Below, one piece after another: positions 1 through 9,661 of a stretch of 59,424 bases of DNA; positions within the stretch are counted from its first letter, which is position 1; each line of letters opens with the position of its first letter. This DNA comes from Candidatus Micrarchaeota archaeon (GTDB lineage: Archaea > Micrarchaeota > Micrarchaeia > Micrarchaeales > CABMGC01), in NCBI GenBank assembly GCA_021810455.1, contig JAJZIU010000002.1:1-59424 (forward strand). Direction: 5' to 3'. The notes under the pieces were generated by a model, which saw only the letters and a program-made list of their open reading frames with translations, made no database searches and was not told where the DNA came from. A program made the position numbers and the translations under genes.

Positions 1-58
1 GGGACAACTGTATGATGGAAACTAAAAGTGCCACAACTCCTTTCAATTTTATGTTCAT
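1..58 (-). CDS. 5' end of a gene running off the window; N-terminus looks like a signal peptide (MNIKLKGVVALLVSIIQLS...)
   Basis: ATG at 58 on the minus strand, open to the window edge, basic then hydrophobic N-terminus; divergent from the Lrp gene. Confidence 0.35.
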   Translation of the reverse strand, partial: MNIKLKGVVALLVSIIQLS

Positions 59-151
59 AGCAATAACCGATAATTTGGTACAAAAGCTTTTAGTTATAAT
101 GAATAATAGTAAGATGTGTTATTGTTTTAAGGTATTTGTAAAGTGTAAAAA

Positions 152-1144
152 ATGAACAGGGAAGAAACCAATAGACTCATGTTGCGATATCTGAGCGAAG
201 ATTCTCGTTCTACAATAACAAAATTGTCATCTGTACTTAACTGTTCTAGACCAACTGTAATGAAAATACTGGAGTATTTGGAGAGGAACGCAGATCTTAG
301 ATACACACTTGAACTTGATCTGAGCAAAAAAATTCCACTTGAAAGACATCTGATAACAGTGAAATTTGCGGTAAAACCAAATGCATACGACATATCGGAA
401 TTGATTAAGAAGGACGGGTACATACACAACGCATACGCTACAGAAGGGGACTTTGATCTTGTGTTGCATGCGATCTCAAGGGATCCCTTGGAGTACATAC
501 GCTGGGAGAACAGAATTGTTACAGAATTGTCACAATACAAACCCGTATTCAAGCCTTCGGAACTGATAATGACACATTTTGGATTTCTTCCATTCAATAA
601 TGGCGTAAAGGACATTTTGAAGGGAATAATCAAGGAAAAGGATAACATGTTAATAGAAGAGCTGAATAAAAATTCAAGGACTTCTTATGCGGAATTGTCA
701 AAACTTACGGGAATAGATGAGGAGACAATAAGGTATAGGCTATTCAGGTTAAGGGAAAGTGGCATCATAAAACGGTTTACAACATATGTACAGAAACCCA
801 GGTATCCGTACAACATCATGTTCTTTGCGAATTATAGGTTCAATAAAGAAACGGCAAAGCACGCCGAGATGGCAAGGAATTCGTACATAAAAGCAAAAGC
901 TGAAAATGAACTCGGAAGCAATTACCAGTTATTGGCACCGTTGAGCGGAAGCTACAGGTTCTTTGCTATGGCAAATTTCGAAAGCAAAGAGGATGCTATG
1001 AAAAATGCCATAAGAAGGCACAAATTCATTTTTGAATCCGAGAATGTGGAGATAAAACATGCAAGAATTATTAGTGTGATGAAAGGGATGATGCCTTATA
1101 GGAATTTAGACATACAACGCAACTATACAAGGATAGACTGGTAA
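152..1144 (+). CDS. Lrp/AsnC-family transcriptional regulator with two tandem HTH+RAM units
   Basis: Two AsnC-type HTH segments (LSEDSRSTITKLSSVLNCSRPTV; LNKNSRTSYAELSKLTGIDEETIRYRLFRLRESGII), each followed by a RAM-like segment (TEGDFDLV; LSGSYRFF). Confidence 0.8.
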   Translation: MNREETNRLMLRYLSEDSRSTITKLSSVLNCSRPTVMKILEYLERNADLRYTLELDLSKKIPLERHLITVKFAVKPNAYDISELIKKDGYIHNAYATEGDFDLVLHAISRDPLEYIRWENRIVTELSQYKPVFKPSELIMTHFGFLPFNNGVKDILKGIIKEKDNMLIEELNKNSRTSYAELSKLTGIDEETIRYRLFRLRESGIIKRFTTYVQKPRYPYNIMFFANYRFNKETAKHAEMARNSYIKAKAENELGSNYQLLAPLSGSYRFFAMANFESKEDAMKNAIRRHKFIFESENVEIKHARIISVMKGMMPYRNLDIQRNYTRIDW

Positions 1145-1348
1145 AGGAGTAGGTGATGAGGTCGAGTGGTGGGGATCGTCCTCAGCACGAATAGATGTTC
1201 TCAATTTCTAAATATTTAAACGTTATTATTTATGAAAATTTATAGTGATATTTTAGGCTTTTTGTAAATTTAAAGGATGGAGAAAATAAATCATATAATG
1301 CCGTATATGCCAATAGCGTCTTTTATTTTTTTGCGTCAAATTCCAATC

Positions 1349-2587
1349 ATGCAAACTTTAGACTTGTCAGACGATGAGATTATTGAAAAGATCACGAAAA
1401 AGGAGCTTCAGATGTATAAACTCGAAGAGTATCTGGGTCCGAATAAAGCGGTTGAAATAAGGAGGCAGATTGTTGAAAAAGCTACGAACTCTAACCTGGC
1501 CGATCTCTCTATCGAAGATGCGGATTACTCCCAAATGGTAAATAAGAATGCCGAGAATGTGATAGGTTTCATAAGAATGCCGATAGGCATAAGCGGACCT
1601 ATCACCATACACGGAGATTATGCGTCGGGTGAGTTTTATGTGCCATTGGCAACAACAGAAGGAGCGCTTATAGCAGGCATAAATAGGGGAATGAAAGCCA
1701 TATCTGAAAGCAACGGTTCTAAAGTCAAAATACTTGGAAATGCCATGGCAAGAGCCCCCCTTTTCGAGTTTGATTCGATAACAGAGGTTGGCGAATTTCT
1801 AAATTGGCTGGATTTGAATATGGACAATGTCAAAAAAATTGCAAATGCAACAACCTCGCACGGAAAGCTTAGAGATGTCAAGCCTTTCGTTACAGGTAAT
1901 AACGTGTGGCTGAGAATGTCGTTTGAAACAGGTGATGCCATGGGGATGAATATGGCAACAGTCGCTTCGGAAGCAGCGAGCAGTTACATAGAGGAGGAGT
2001 TCCCTAAAGCGCACTTAGTTACAGTAAGCGGTAACATGTGTTCTGATAAGAAGGAGTCGATGGTTAATAATCTTCTTGGAAGGGGGAAAACAGTAGTTGC
2101 CGATGCCGTGATAAACAGGAAGGTGTGCAGCGAGGTACTTAAAACGACACCAGAGCAGATAACAAGAGTGAACATGAAGAAAAACATGCTTGGAAACGCA
2201 AGAGCTGGAAGCACAAAGTTCTCAGGGCATTCTGCAAATATAGTCGCAGCTGCTTTTGCAGCTACGGGGCAAGACATAGCCCAGGTAGTCGAAAGCAGCA
2301 GTTGTTATACATGGGCAGAGGCCAGAGAAAGTGGATTGTACATATCGGTAACCTTGCCTTCATTAGAAGTAGGAACTGTGGGTGGCGGAACATCGCTTCC
2401 GTCCCAAAAGGCCGCACTGTCTATAATAGGAGCTGCTGGACAAGGAGAAACGATAGGAACCAACGCAAACAAGCTAGCAGAAATAATAGCTGCTGCAGTA
2501 CTAGCTGGTGAACTTAACCTTTTGGCAGCTCAGGGAAACAGAGAGCTGGGAAAGGCACATAGTAAACTGGGAAGAAACATCAAATAG
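1349..2587 (+). CDS. hmgA: Hydroxymethylglutaryl-CoA reductase (class I, NADPH)
   Basis: ENVIG, PLATTEGAL, TGDAMGMNM, SGNMCSDKK, GQDIAQVVES, VGTVGGGT, AVLAGEL motifs; start taken at MQTL (1349) rather than 1277. Confidence 0.97.
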   Translation: MQTLDLSDDEIIEKITKKELQMYKLEEYLGPNKAVEIRRQIVEKATNSNLADLSIEDADYSQMVNKNAENVIGFIRMPIGISGPITIHGDYASGEFYVPLATTEGALIAGINRGMKAISESNGSKVKILGNAMARAPLFEFDSITEVGEFLNWLDLNMDNVKKIANATTSHGKLRDVKPFVTGNNVWLRMSFETGDAMGMNMATVASEAASSYIEEEFPKAHLVTVSGNMCSDKKESMVNNLLGRGKTVVADAVINRKVCSEVLKTTPEQITRVNMKKNMLGNARAGSTKFSGHSANIVAAAFAATGQDIAQVVESSSCYTWAEARESGLYISVTLPSLEVGTVGGGTSLPSQKAALSIIGAAGQGETIGTNANKLAEIIAAAVLAGELNLLAAQGNRELGKAHSKLGRNIK

Positions 2588-2640
2588 ACTATTTTAGAAC
2601 GGTATAAAGATTTTTACTGAGAATTAAAGAGCGGTTGTTT

Positions 2641-3561
2641 ATGAAGGGCAGAGTGATTAAGGCAAAGGAAATAGTTCCTTACAAGGAGATAAATGCAATA
2701 GACATGCTTTACGATAAGTACGAAGGCAGAGATGTAAACCGTAGGCAGGAACTGACGAAGGCTGAGGTGTTTGGATTATGGTCATTCAAGCACACATTGT
2801 TCTCTCTTCAAGGATCTCCAAACCATGAGTACCATTCTCCTGCAAGATGGCTTCTTAACAAGATAGCATCCAGTTCAAATGCAACAAATGACATACTGCG
2901 TGAGATGGCTCTAAAATTGCGCGTGTACGACAAAGAAGATCCGATATTTACAAACATAGCATTGAATCCCAACACGCAGAACGATTCATTGTATGTGCTA
3001 CTTAGCAGACACAAAGAAGGGATTCTAGGAAGTACTTATGCAATAGGCAACATTGATACAATAATCGCAATAGTCAGCAATCAGTCTGCTGCTCCGGGCT
3101 TGCTTGGTTACATTGCAAATTATATAACAGTGTATGGTGGAGTTTACGATAAAGTAAACGTAGATGGCGAGAACGCGAAGAGATTTTCGGAAGAGGTTGA
3201 AAAAATCAGAACAGGAAACTCTACAAATAGTTACAAATCGGTGGATTTGGTAATGAAAGACGCGATAAGAGATTCATCGATAAGGGATCTGAAAGTTTCA
3301 AAAGGAAGGATGAGTAACATACTGCTAATTCTTGAAACTGTAGTAAACAATCCTAACGTTAGACCGGAAACTCTGGAAAATATAGAGTCATTCGTAAGGC
3401 TTGTTGGAGGTTCGGAGATGGACGGATTGATTCTGGCGTTGATGTACAATCCAAAAACACCGAAGGACAGCCTCGAAAGACTTACAAGGGTGGAGAATAC
3501 GGCACTTGCAGAATTTGCAAAAAACGCTCTGCGTGAGCGGAAAGAAGAGGAAACAGATTAG
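2641..3561 (+). CDS. Hypothetical protein with leucine-rich-repeat-variant-like (xNPxTP/NPN) helical repeats
   Basis: Long ORF; repeated motifs IALNPNTQNDSL, VVNNPNVRPETL, LMYNPKTPKDSL. Confidence 0.6.
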   Translation: MKGRVIKAKEIVPYKEINAIDMLYDKYEGRDVNRRQELTKAEVFGLWSFKHTLFSLQGSPNHEYHSPARWLLNKIASSSNATNDILREMALKLRVYDKEDPIFTNIALNPNTQNDSLYVLLSRHKEGILGSTYAIGNIDTIIAIVSNQSAAPGLLGYIANYITVYGGVYDKVNVDGENAKRFSEEVEKIRTGNSTNSYKSVDLVMKDAIRDSSIRDLKVSKGRMSNILLILETVVNNPNVRPETLENIESFVRLVGGSEMDGLILALMYNPKTPKDSLERLTRVENTALAEFAKNALRERKEEETD

Positions 3562-3650
3562 TGATTTGAAGAATAGTAAAGCTTAAATATCACTTAAATC
3601 ATATTTATATCGGTAATCCGTTTAAAACGGCTATTTGTGAAGGTTTTGAA

Positions 3651-4286
3651 TTGAGAACAGTTAAAATATCAGGTAAAGTAGCAGAGAATATCCAGTTTCT
3701 GAAAGAAAATGGAGGGGTATCTGGAGTAAAGAAACTCGTTATGATAGATTCCTTAACAGGACTGAAAAACAGAAGGGCCTTTGACATAGATATTGAGAAT
3801 GAGATAGAGACTTATTCCAGAGGTCTGATTAATGGGTCGCCCAAAAAGATGCACATGGTCATGATAGACCTTAACAATTTCGGGCAGATAAACAATAATT
3901 ACGGACATACTGTTGGAGATGAAGCATTGACAGCCGTAGGAAAAACTATCATGAATGGAATAAGAAGCTCGGATAAGGCGTACAGGTATGGCGGAGATGA
4001 GATGGTATTGCTCCTATCAGATACGGACAATCCGAACGCAGTAGTATCCAGAATAGCAAACGGCATTGAAAACATAAAACTGGTTTCTGAAAAAGGAGAA
4101 AGAGTGGGATTAAGCATATCATTTGGTTATGTATCGATATCTGAAGTGGGAAATCGCCTGCTTAAAAATCCGAAGAAATTTGCGAAAAAGATGAAGGACA
4201 TGGCAGACGCAAGGATGTACACGCAAAAGGAAGAAAGTGATCACGGCAGAATTAAAGAAGTTAAATCCCTTGTGAGAAGCGATTAG
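3651..4286 (+). CDS. Stand-alone GGDEF-domain (diguanylate cyclase-like) protein
   Basis: DSLTGLKNRRAF, MIDLNNFGQINNNYGHTVGDEAL, RSSD-KAYRY-GGDEM, LSISFG, ADARMYTQK; start codon uncertain (TTG 3651). Confidence 0.92.
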   Translation: MRTVKISGKVAENIQFLKENGGVSGVKKLVMIDSLTGLKNRRAFDIDIENEIETYSRGLINGSPKKMHMVMIDLNNFGQINNNYGHTVGDEALTAVGKTIMNGIRSSDKAYRYGGDEMVLLLSDTDNPNAVVSRIANGIENIKLVSEKGERVGLSISFGYVSISEVGNRLLKNPKKFAKKMKDMADARMYTQKEESDHGRIKEVKSLVRSD

Positions 4287-4612
4287 AAGATTTCTCCGGT
4301 TATTGCAGTTACGCCTCCTTTCATACTGTAAGATGTTATATTGTGCTTTTGCTTAAGGAACTTTGCAACGTACATTGATGTATTCCCGTGATAGCACACA
4401 AGAACCGAATTCTCAAATCTTTTAAGTTGCTCGCCAGAAGAGCTTAGGAAGTCGGAAGGCTCCGCTTTTATTATATCGCCTTCATGGAGACCGAGCAGTT
4501 CTGATATGTATTCAGCAGGCTCTCGTCCAAGCCAGACAAGCTTTGTATTGTGCTTTTTAGCTATGCTCAGTGATTCTTCAAACGTGCATTCTGAAGGCGC
4601 ATTGTTGTCCAT
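4283..4612 (-). CDS. Single-domain rhodanese-like protein
   Basis: VLVCYHGNTS active-site loop and YSMKGG C-terminal motif; start taken at MDNNAP. Confidence 0.7.
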   Translation of the reverse strand: MDNNAPSECTFEESLSIAKKHNTKLVWLGREPAEYISELLGLHEGDIIKAEPSDFLSSSGEQLKRFENSVLVCYHGNTSMYVAKFLKQKHNITSYSMKGGVTAITGEIF

Positions 4613-4640
4613 TATTATATTATAGACAAAAAGAAATAAA

Positions 4641-5252
4641 TTATGAGCGTACCAGTAACAATGCAACTATATCCTCGAAGAAAAAATGCAATTTTCTCTC
4701 ATCTAATAAAAGAAATGGCATACTCAATATGGTTCTTTTGAGGTTATTGAGATCGGATAATGAACTTGCAATGATTATTGCGTAAGATCCATAATTAAGA
4801 TGCTGCAATGATTGCGTTAAGAATTTTATTGTGAGCTCCACACCGGATAAGCCGCCACTTATTGCAGTGTGCAAGTTCCCATCCTCTTTGGAGGATATGA
4901 GGTACGGGGCATTGAACAGTATGATATCAAAAAACCCTTCGATGTTTGAGAACAGGTCACTGTTTACAAAGGAGCATTTCGATTTGATTTTTTCCCTATT
5001 AACATCAAAATTATGCATTGCCATGGTTATTGCTTCGTTATTCACATCAGCAAACACAACATCCGATACATTATCCTGAGATGCAGCCAGAAGACCGAGG
5101 ACACCGCTGCCAGTACCCATATCAAGAATCTTAATGTCTTTGTTTTTAATCATTTTCATGCATTTTAGAAAGGTTCTGAATGCTAGTTCGGAGTCTTCGC
5201 TGGGTGGATAGACCGTCTCTGATACATCAATCTGAAATCCGAAAAACTCCAT
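4641..5252 (-). CDS. HemK2/PrmC-like (release factor Gln N5) methyltransferase
   Basis: VYPPSEDS, LDMGTGSG SAM-binding motif, FNAPY motif, ISGGLSG. Confidence 0.88.
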   Translation of the reverse strand: MEFFGFQIDVSETVYPPSEDSELAFRTFLKCMKMIKNKDIKILDMGTGSGVLGLLAASQDNVSDVVFADVNNEAITMAMHNFDVNREKIKSKCSFVNSDLFSNIEGFFDIILFNAPYLISSKEDGNLHTAISGGLSGVELTIKFLTQSLQHLNYGSYAIIIASSLSDLNNLKRTILSMPFLLLDERKLHFFFEDIVALLLVRS

Positions 5253-5382
5253 AAAATCATTAAACGCAAAAAAGAAAAGTAAAAGTGTATAAAATAGCTA
5301 TAAACTATTAGAAACAAGATATAAAAACTTTGAACTTTCGAAGCACATTTTTAAACTTTTTGTTTCTGGAAAACTTAATATA

Positions 5383-5991
5383 GTGGTAAATCCATTATTG
5401 TATGATTTTATGATTCATGATGACATGCCAGCTTGGTTGGTCATGGAAGATATACTTATCAGAGTAAAGGAGGGATTGTTGTCAGTTGCTCTAGAAACAC
5501 TTCAAACAGAGATAGACGCAAAGCGTGTTCAGATAAATGGACATTTGATAAAAACTCCTGAAAGTTTAGATGACAAAGAGACCAACCTATTCATAATAAG
5601 CAACATAGTGTCTCGCGAGGGAGAGATAATTGAGATGTACGAACACGAAAAGAAAAAATTAGAATCAGGCAACGTATCTCCAGAGATTGCTTATGGAATC
5701 GATGAACTTAGAAAATTTGCCATGGCAGCAGTACAACTTTCCGTATTAATGAATTACGTAGAGATAACGAACAGATGGATGAATGATGTAAAGGAAGATA
5801 CAAAAAAGGAAAATGTTGAAAGATTGATAATCGATTCAATAAAAAGCGATAGAGAAAGAAGAAACCTTATCGAATTTATCTCGAAAAGCAAAGCGTTGGT
5901 AGACATAGGATCCGTATCGGCACAAGAGAGGGAAATGATGGCTGGTGTGATTAAAAATTTCCCGGAAGGCGAATCAGGGCAAAAATTGTGA
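5383..5991 (+). CDS. Hypothetical protein
   Basis: 202-aa ORF that appears to head the nfo/aldo-keto reductase run; no motif recognised. Confidence 0.6.
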   Translation: MVNPLLYDFMIHDDMPAWLVMEDILIRVKEGLLSVALETLQTEIDAKRVQINGHLIKTPESLDDKETNLFIISNIVSREGEIIEMYEHEKKKLESGNVSPEIAYGIDELRKFAMAAVQLSVLMNYVEITNRWMNDVKEDTKKENVERLIIDSIKSDRERRNLIEFISKSKALVDIGSVSAQEREMMAGVIKNFPEGESGQKL

Positions 5992-5996
5992 TGTGT

Positions 5997-6833
5997 ATGA
6001 AGAAGGTAGGAAGACATGTTTCAATGGATAAGGAAATTGACAATACTTTTTTGAATGCGAAAGAGATAGGTTGCACATCCATGCAGGTGTTCATAAGCAG
6101 TCCGAGAAGATGGGATGTTAAAAGGTTTAATCATGAAGAAAAATTAAAATTTATTAGTGATTTGTCAAGATTCAACATTGAACCAGTTGTTGCACATATG
6201 CCATATCTGCCAAATCTTGCATCTCCGGTAAGAGAAATACATAAAAGATCCGTAGAAACCTTAAATGCGATAGCTACTGAGGCTTCGGAATTGGAAATAG
6301 AATACGTTGTTTTACACCTGGGAAGCCATATGGGAGAAGGAAGAGAATTGGGAGTAGGAAATTTCGTTAATGCCATAAATGAGGTCGAAGACTCTCTAAG
6401 AGGTGTTACTCTTTTACTTGAAAATGAAGCAGGGCAAAAGAATAGTATAGGATCAACACCGGAAGAGCTTATTGACATATTTGATAAGATTAATTCCAAG
6501 AAAGTGGGGTTTTGCATAGACACATGCCACATTTTTGCAGCTGGTTATGACATAGGAAATGTTGAAGTTATGGAAAAGATAGATAAAACGATAGACATTA
6601 GGAATGTGCACATTTTCCATTTGAACGATTCAAAGTTCGAGTTAGGATCCAGGTTAGACAGACATGATAACATAGGAAAGGGCAAAATAGGCGCTGAAAG
6701 ATTTAGAAAGTTCTTTGGATATAAAAACGTTTTATCAAAACCCATGATATTAGAAACACCGATAAATGGGATAGATACGAAAGAAGAGTTGGAAGGTGTG
6801 AAACACCTTATGGATAAGTCGTTAAATGATTAA
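5997..6833 (+). CDS. nfo: Endonuclease IV (AP endonuclease family 2)
   Basis: HMPYLPNLAS, VLHLGS, LLENEAG, CIDTCHIFAAGYD, HLNDSK, DRHDNIGKG, ILETP. Confidence 0.95.
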   Translation: MKKVGRHVSMDKEIDNTFLNAKEIGCTSMQVFISSPRRWDVKRFNHEEKLKFISDLSRFNIEPVVAHMPYLPNLASPVREIHKRSVETLNAIATEASELEIEYVVLHLGSHMGEGRELGVGNFVNAINEVEDSLRGVTLLLENEAGQKNSIGSTPEELIDIFDKINSKKVGFCIDTCHIFAAGYDIGNVEVMEKIDKTIDIRNVHIFHLNDSKFELGSRLDRHDNIGKGKIGAERFRKFFGYKNVLSKPMILETPINGIDTKEELEGVKHLMDKSLND

Positions 6834-6843
6834 TGGTGCGCTT

Positions 6844-7761
6844 ATGGAAACTAAAGAACTTGGGAAAACAAAGGAAAAGATACCCGCACTAGGTATGGGT
6901 ACTTGGAAGATAGGCAGCAATGAATCTGAGGGGATAGAAGCGTTGAAAACAGGGATAGATATAGGTATGAGATTTATAGACACGGCAGAGATGTATGGTA
7001 CAGAGGAGATGGTAGGCAAGACAATCGAAGGAATGGATGATATGTTTATAGCAACAAAGGTATCACCTAACCACTTCAGATACGACGATGTAATAAAATC
7101 GTGCAATAGAAGTTTGGAAAAACTTAAAGTGAAGCAGATAGATCTTTACCAACTGCACTGGCCTAATTCAAGCATACCTATAACTGAAACCATGAAGGCC
7201 ATGGAAAAATTGGTGGATCTTGGAAAGATACGGTACATAGGTGTTAGTAATTTTTCTACAAAAGAGATGAAGGACGCTCAGAATGCATTGAAACATGAGG
7301 AGATAGTATCAAATCAGGTCGAGTATAGCGTACTAGTCAGATATGTGGAAAAAGAGATACTGAAATTCTGCCAAGATAACAAAATCACCGTTATAGCGTA
7401 TAGCCCGTTTGGATCTGGAAAACTTTATGGACAGAGATCGAACAGTATGTACGACTTATTGAGAAATGTAGGTAGCAAGTATCAAAAAACTCCAAGTCAG
7501 GTAGCACTAAACTGGCTGATGTCAAAGGACAGAGTGATGGCGATACCTAAGGCAGCGAATATTGCACACATGAAGGAAAATATCGGAGCTTTAGGCTGGA
7601 AGTTGGAAGATGCAGATATGAACAAGATAAATGATTTTTTATCGGATGAGAGACCGATGGTTTGGTCTCTCAATCCTTTGGTGAAAAGAACATCGTCATT
7701 TTGGGCGAGATTGATGGAATATAAAGAAATGGGAAGAAACATGCGCGGAAAAACCAAATAA
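6844..7761 (+). CDS. Aldo/keto reductase
   Basis: LGMGTW, IDTAEMYG, ATKV, IDLYQLHWP, IGVSNF, NQVEYS, AYSPFG, IPKA. Confidence 0.95.
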   Translation: METKELGKTKEKIPALGMGTWKIGSNESEGIEALKTGIDIGMRFIDTAEMYGTEEMVGKTIEGMDDMFIATKVSPNHFRYDDVIKSCNRSLEKLKVKQIDLYQLHWPNSSIPITETMKAMEKLVDLGKIRYIGVSNFSTKEMKDAQNALKHEEIVSNQVEYSVLVRYVEKEILKFCQDNKITVIAYSPFGSGKLYGQRSNSMYDLLRNVGSKYQKTPSQVALNWLMSKDRVMAIPKAANIAHMKENIGALGWKLEDADMNKINDFLSDERPMVWSLNPLVKRTSSFWARLMEYKEMGRNMRGKTK

Positions 7762-7825
7762 ATGACAAAATTTATATATACCAGATGTTTTAAGAATACG
7801 GGAAAGAAGGTAAGGGCAAGATCAG

Positions 7826-8569
7826 ATGGCGATAATTAAAAGTTTAGGTTACATAGTAGGCATAATAATAGTATTTATCTTTGGAATCTCAGGAACGTAT
7901 GTTTTGGGACATTATGAACATGGATTCAACGTTCCGATAAACTCCTTGTTAGATGCTGCTTATTTTACTACGATTACGCTTGCTACTGTAGGTTATGGAG
8001 ATATTGTACCGGTTACCAATATCGCTAAAATATTCGTAATGGTACTCATAATATCAGGAATAGGTGTGTTTATAACCTCAGTAACTGTTATAACTGGTGA
8101 ATTTGTGAACAGCAGAATGGAAAAATACTCTGGAAGATTATCAGGATTTGAAAGAAGGCTTCTAAAAAATCATGTAGTGTTGATCGGAGTTGATTCAGTA
8201 AATCTGAGATTAGCTGAAAGGCTCAAAAACAAGAAAGCAAAATTTTTGATAATAACCTCAGATAAGACGATGCTTGACCACCTTAGAAGCACGGGATATA
8301 AAGCATACCTGGCAGATGAAACAAACGAAGATGACATGAAAAACTTCGAGTTGGGTAAGGCAAAGGCAATAATAATGGATATGCGTGATAAATCAAGAAT
8401 GGTTTATGCAATACTATTAGTAAGGAATCTCGCAAAGGATTCGAGAATAGTTACAGTGGCCCATACCAAGGAGGAAGAGAGGAATACAAGAAGTATGGGG
8501 GTTTCGATAGGAATAATAAATCCTGCAGATCTTGCATCAGAGATACTAGCCAAGAAACTGATAGAATAA
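7826..8569 (+). CDS. Potassium channel with C-terminal TrkA-N/RCK domain
   Basis: TVGYGD selectivity filter flanked by two TM helices; HVVLIG Rossmann-like RCK domain. Confidence 0.9.
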   Translation: MAIIKSLGYIVGIIIVFIFGISGTYVLGHYEHGFNVPINSLLDAAYFTTITLATVGYGDIVPVTNIAKIFVMVLIISGIGVFITSVTVITGEFVNSRMEKYSGRLSGFERRLLKNHVVLIGVDSVNLRLAERLKNKKAKFLIITSDKTMLDHLRSTGYKAYLADETNEDDMKNFELGKAKAIIMDMRDKSRMVYAILLVRNLAKDSRIVTVAHTKEEERNTRSMGVSIGIINPADLASEILAKKLIE

Positions 8570-8579
8570 CGTGTGTTAA

Positions 8580-9626
8580 ATGCATACCGTTATTATTAAA
8601 ACTAAACACGGCAAGATAAACTCTAAAAACATGAAAAGCGCAGCGTCGGCCATACGCTCTGGAAAAGTAGTAGTTTTTCCAACGGAGACGGTGTATGGGA
8701 TAGGCGCTAATGCATTTGATGAAGAAGCATGCAAAAAGATATTCGAAGCTAAAGGAAGGCCCTCGGATAATCCACTAATAGTACACGTTTCAGATCTGAA
8801 CATGGCTAAAACTGTCTGTTTTATATCTAAAAAATATGAGAAGTATTTATTGAAAGTTTGGCCTGGACCATTAACAATAATATCTAAGGCAAAAAACACA
8901 GTAGGAAAAATAGTTACGGCAAATTTAGACACAGTTGCAGTTAGAATGCCATCGAGTAGTATAGCGTTGGAATTGATAAGGACCAGTGGTGTTCCCATCG
9001 CAGCGCCGAGTGCCAACATATCAAAGATGCCATCATCCACATCCGGAAAACATGCACTAGCATATTTCAATGGAAAAGTTGACATGATACTAGATGCAGG
9101 TAGGACTAAATACGGAATAGAATCAACGGTACTTGATTTGAGAACGTTCACAGTATTAAGACCAGGAGCATTTTCAGTAGAGGATTTGACACGGGCATTT
9201 GGAAAAAAGCCGAGGGTTCACTCTGAAAACGTTGTGAGTATTAAAAAAGTAAGAAGCCCGGGTATGAAGTACAGGCATTATTCTCCAAACACTCCATTAT
9301 TTTTGTATAAAGGCAACATCAGAGACTTGAACAAGATGCTTAAAAAACACAAGAAAATTGTTTTTATAGGATCAGATAATGCATGCTCTATGATAAAGGG
9401 GGTACAAAAGATAAGATTGGGAAATTATCAGGAGGAGATTGCACATAATTTGTTTGATGCGTTGATAAAGCTTGATTCGGTCAAAGCTAAGTTCGCAGTG
9501 ATACAGTCTTTTGGCATTGAAGGATTCGGGCTTGCAGTAATGAACAGGATAGAAAAAGCTTCTAATCATTTATCATTCAAAAATGAAAAGCAGTTGCATA
9601 AACTCATGAATGTTTACAAAAAATAA
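8580..9626 (+). CDS. sua5: L-threonylcarbamoyladenylate synthase (Sua5: YrdC + SUA5 domain)
   Basis: FPTETVYG, KGRPSDNPLIVH, WPGPLT, AAPSAN, GIESTV, SPGMKYRHYSP. Confidence 0.96.
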   Translation: MHTVIIKTKHGKINSKNMKSAASAIRSGKVVVFPTETVYGIGANAFDEEACKKIFEAKGRPSDNPLIVHVSDLNMAKTVCFISKKYEKYLLKVWPGPLTIISKAKNTVGKIVTANLDTVAVRMPSSSIALELIRTSGVPIAAPSANISKMPSSTSGKHALAYFNGKVDMILDAGRTKYGIESTVLDLRTFTVLRPGAFSVEDLTRAFGKKPRVHSENVVSIKKVRSPGMKYRHYSPNTPLFLYKGNIRDLNKMLKKHKKIVFIGSDNACSMIKGVQKIRLGNYQEEIAHNLFDALIKLDSVKAKFAVIQSFGIEGFGLAVMNRIEKASNHLSFKNEKQLHKLMNVYKK

Positions 9627-9661
9627 TACCATTTATATATTCTAATATTCTCATTTTTCCC

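Noticed and set aside
1153..1188. GTGATGA as the C box of a C/D guide RNA
   Set aside because: No CTGA D box follows on the same strand at a suitable distance
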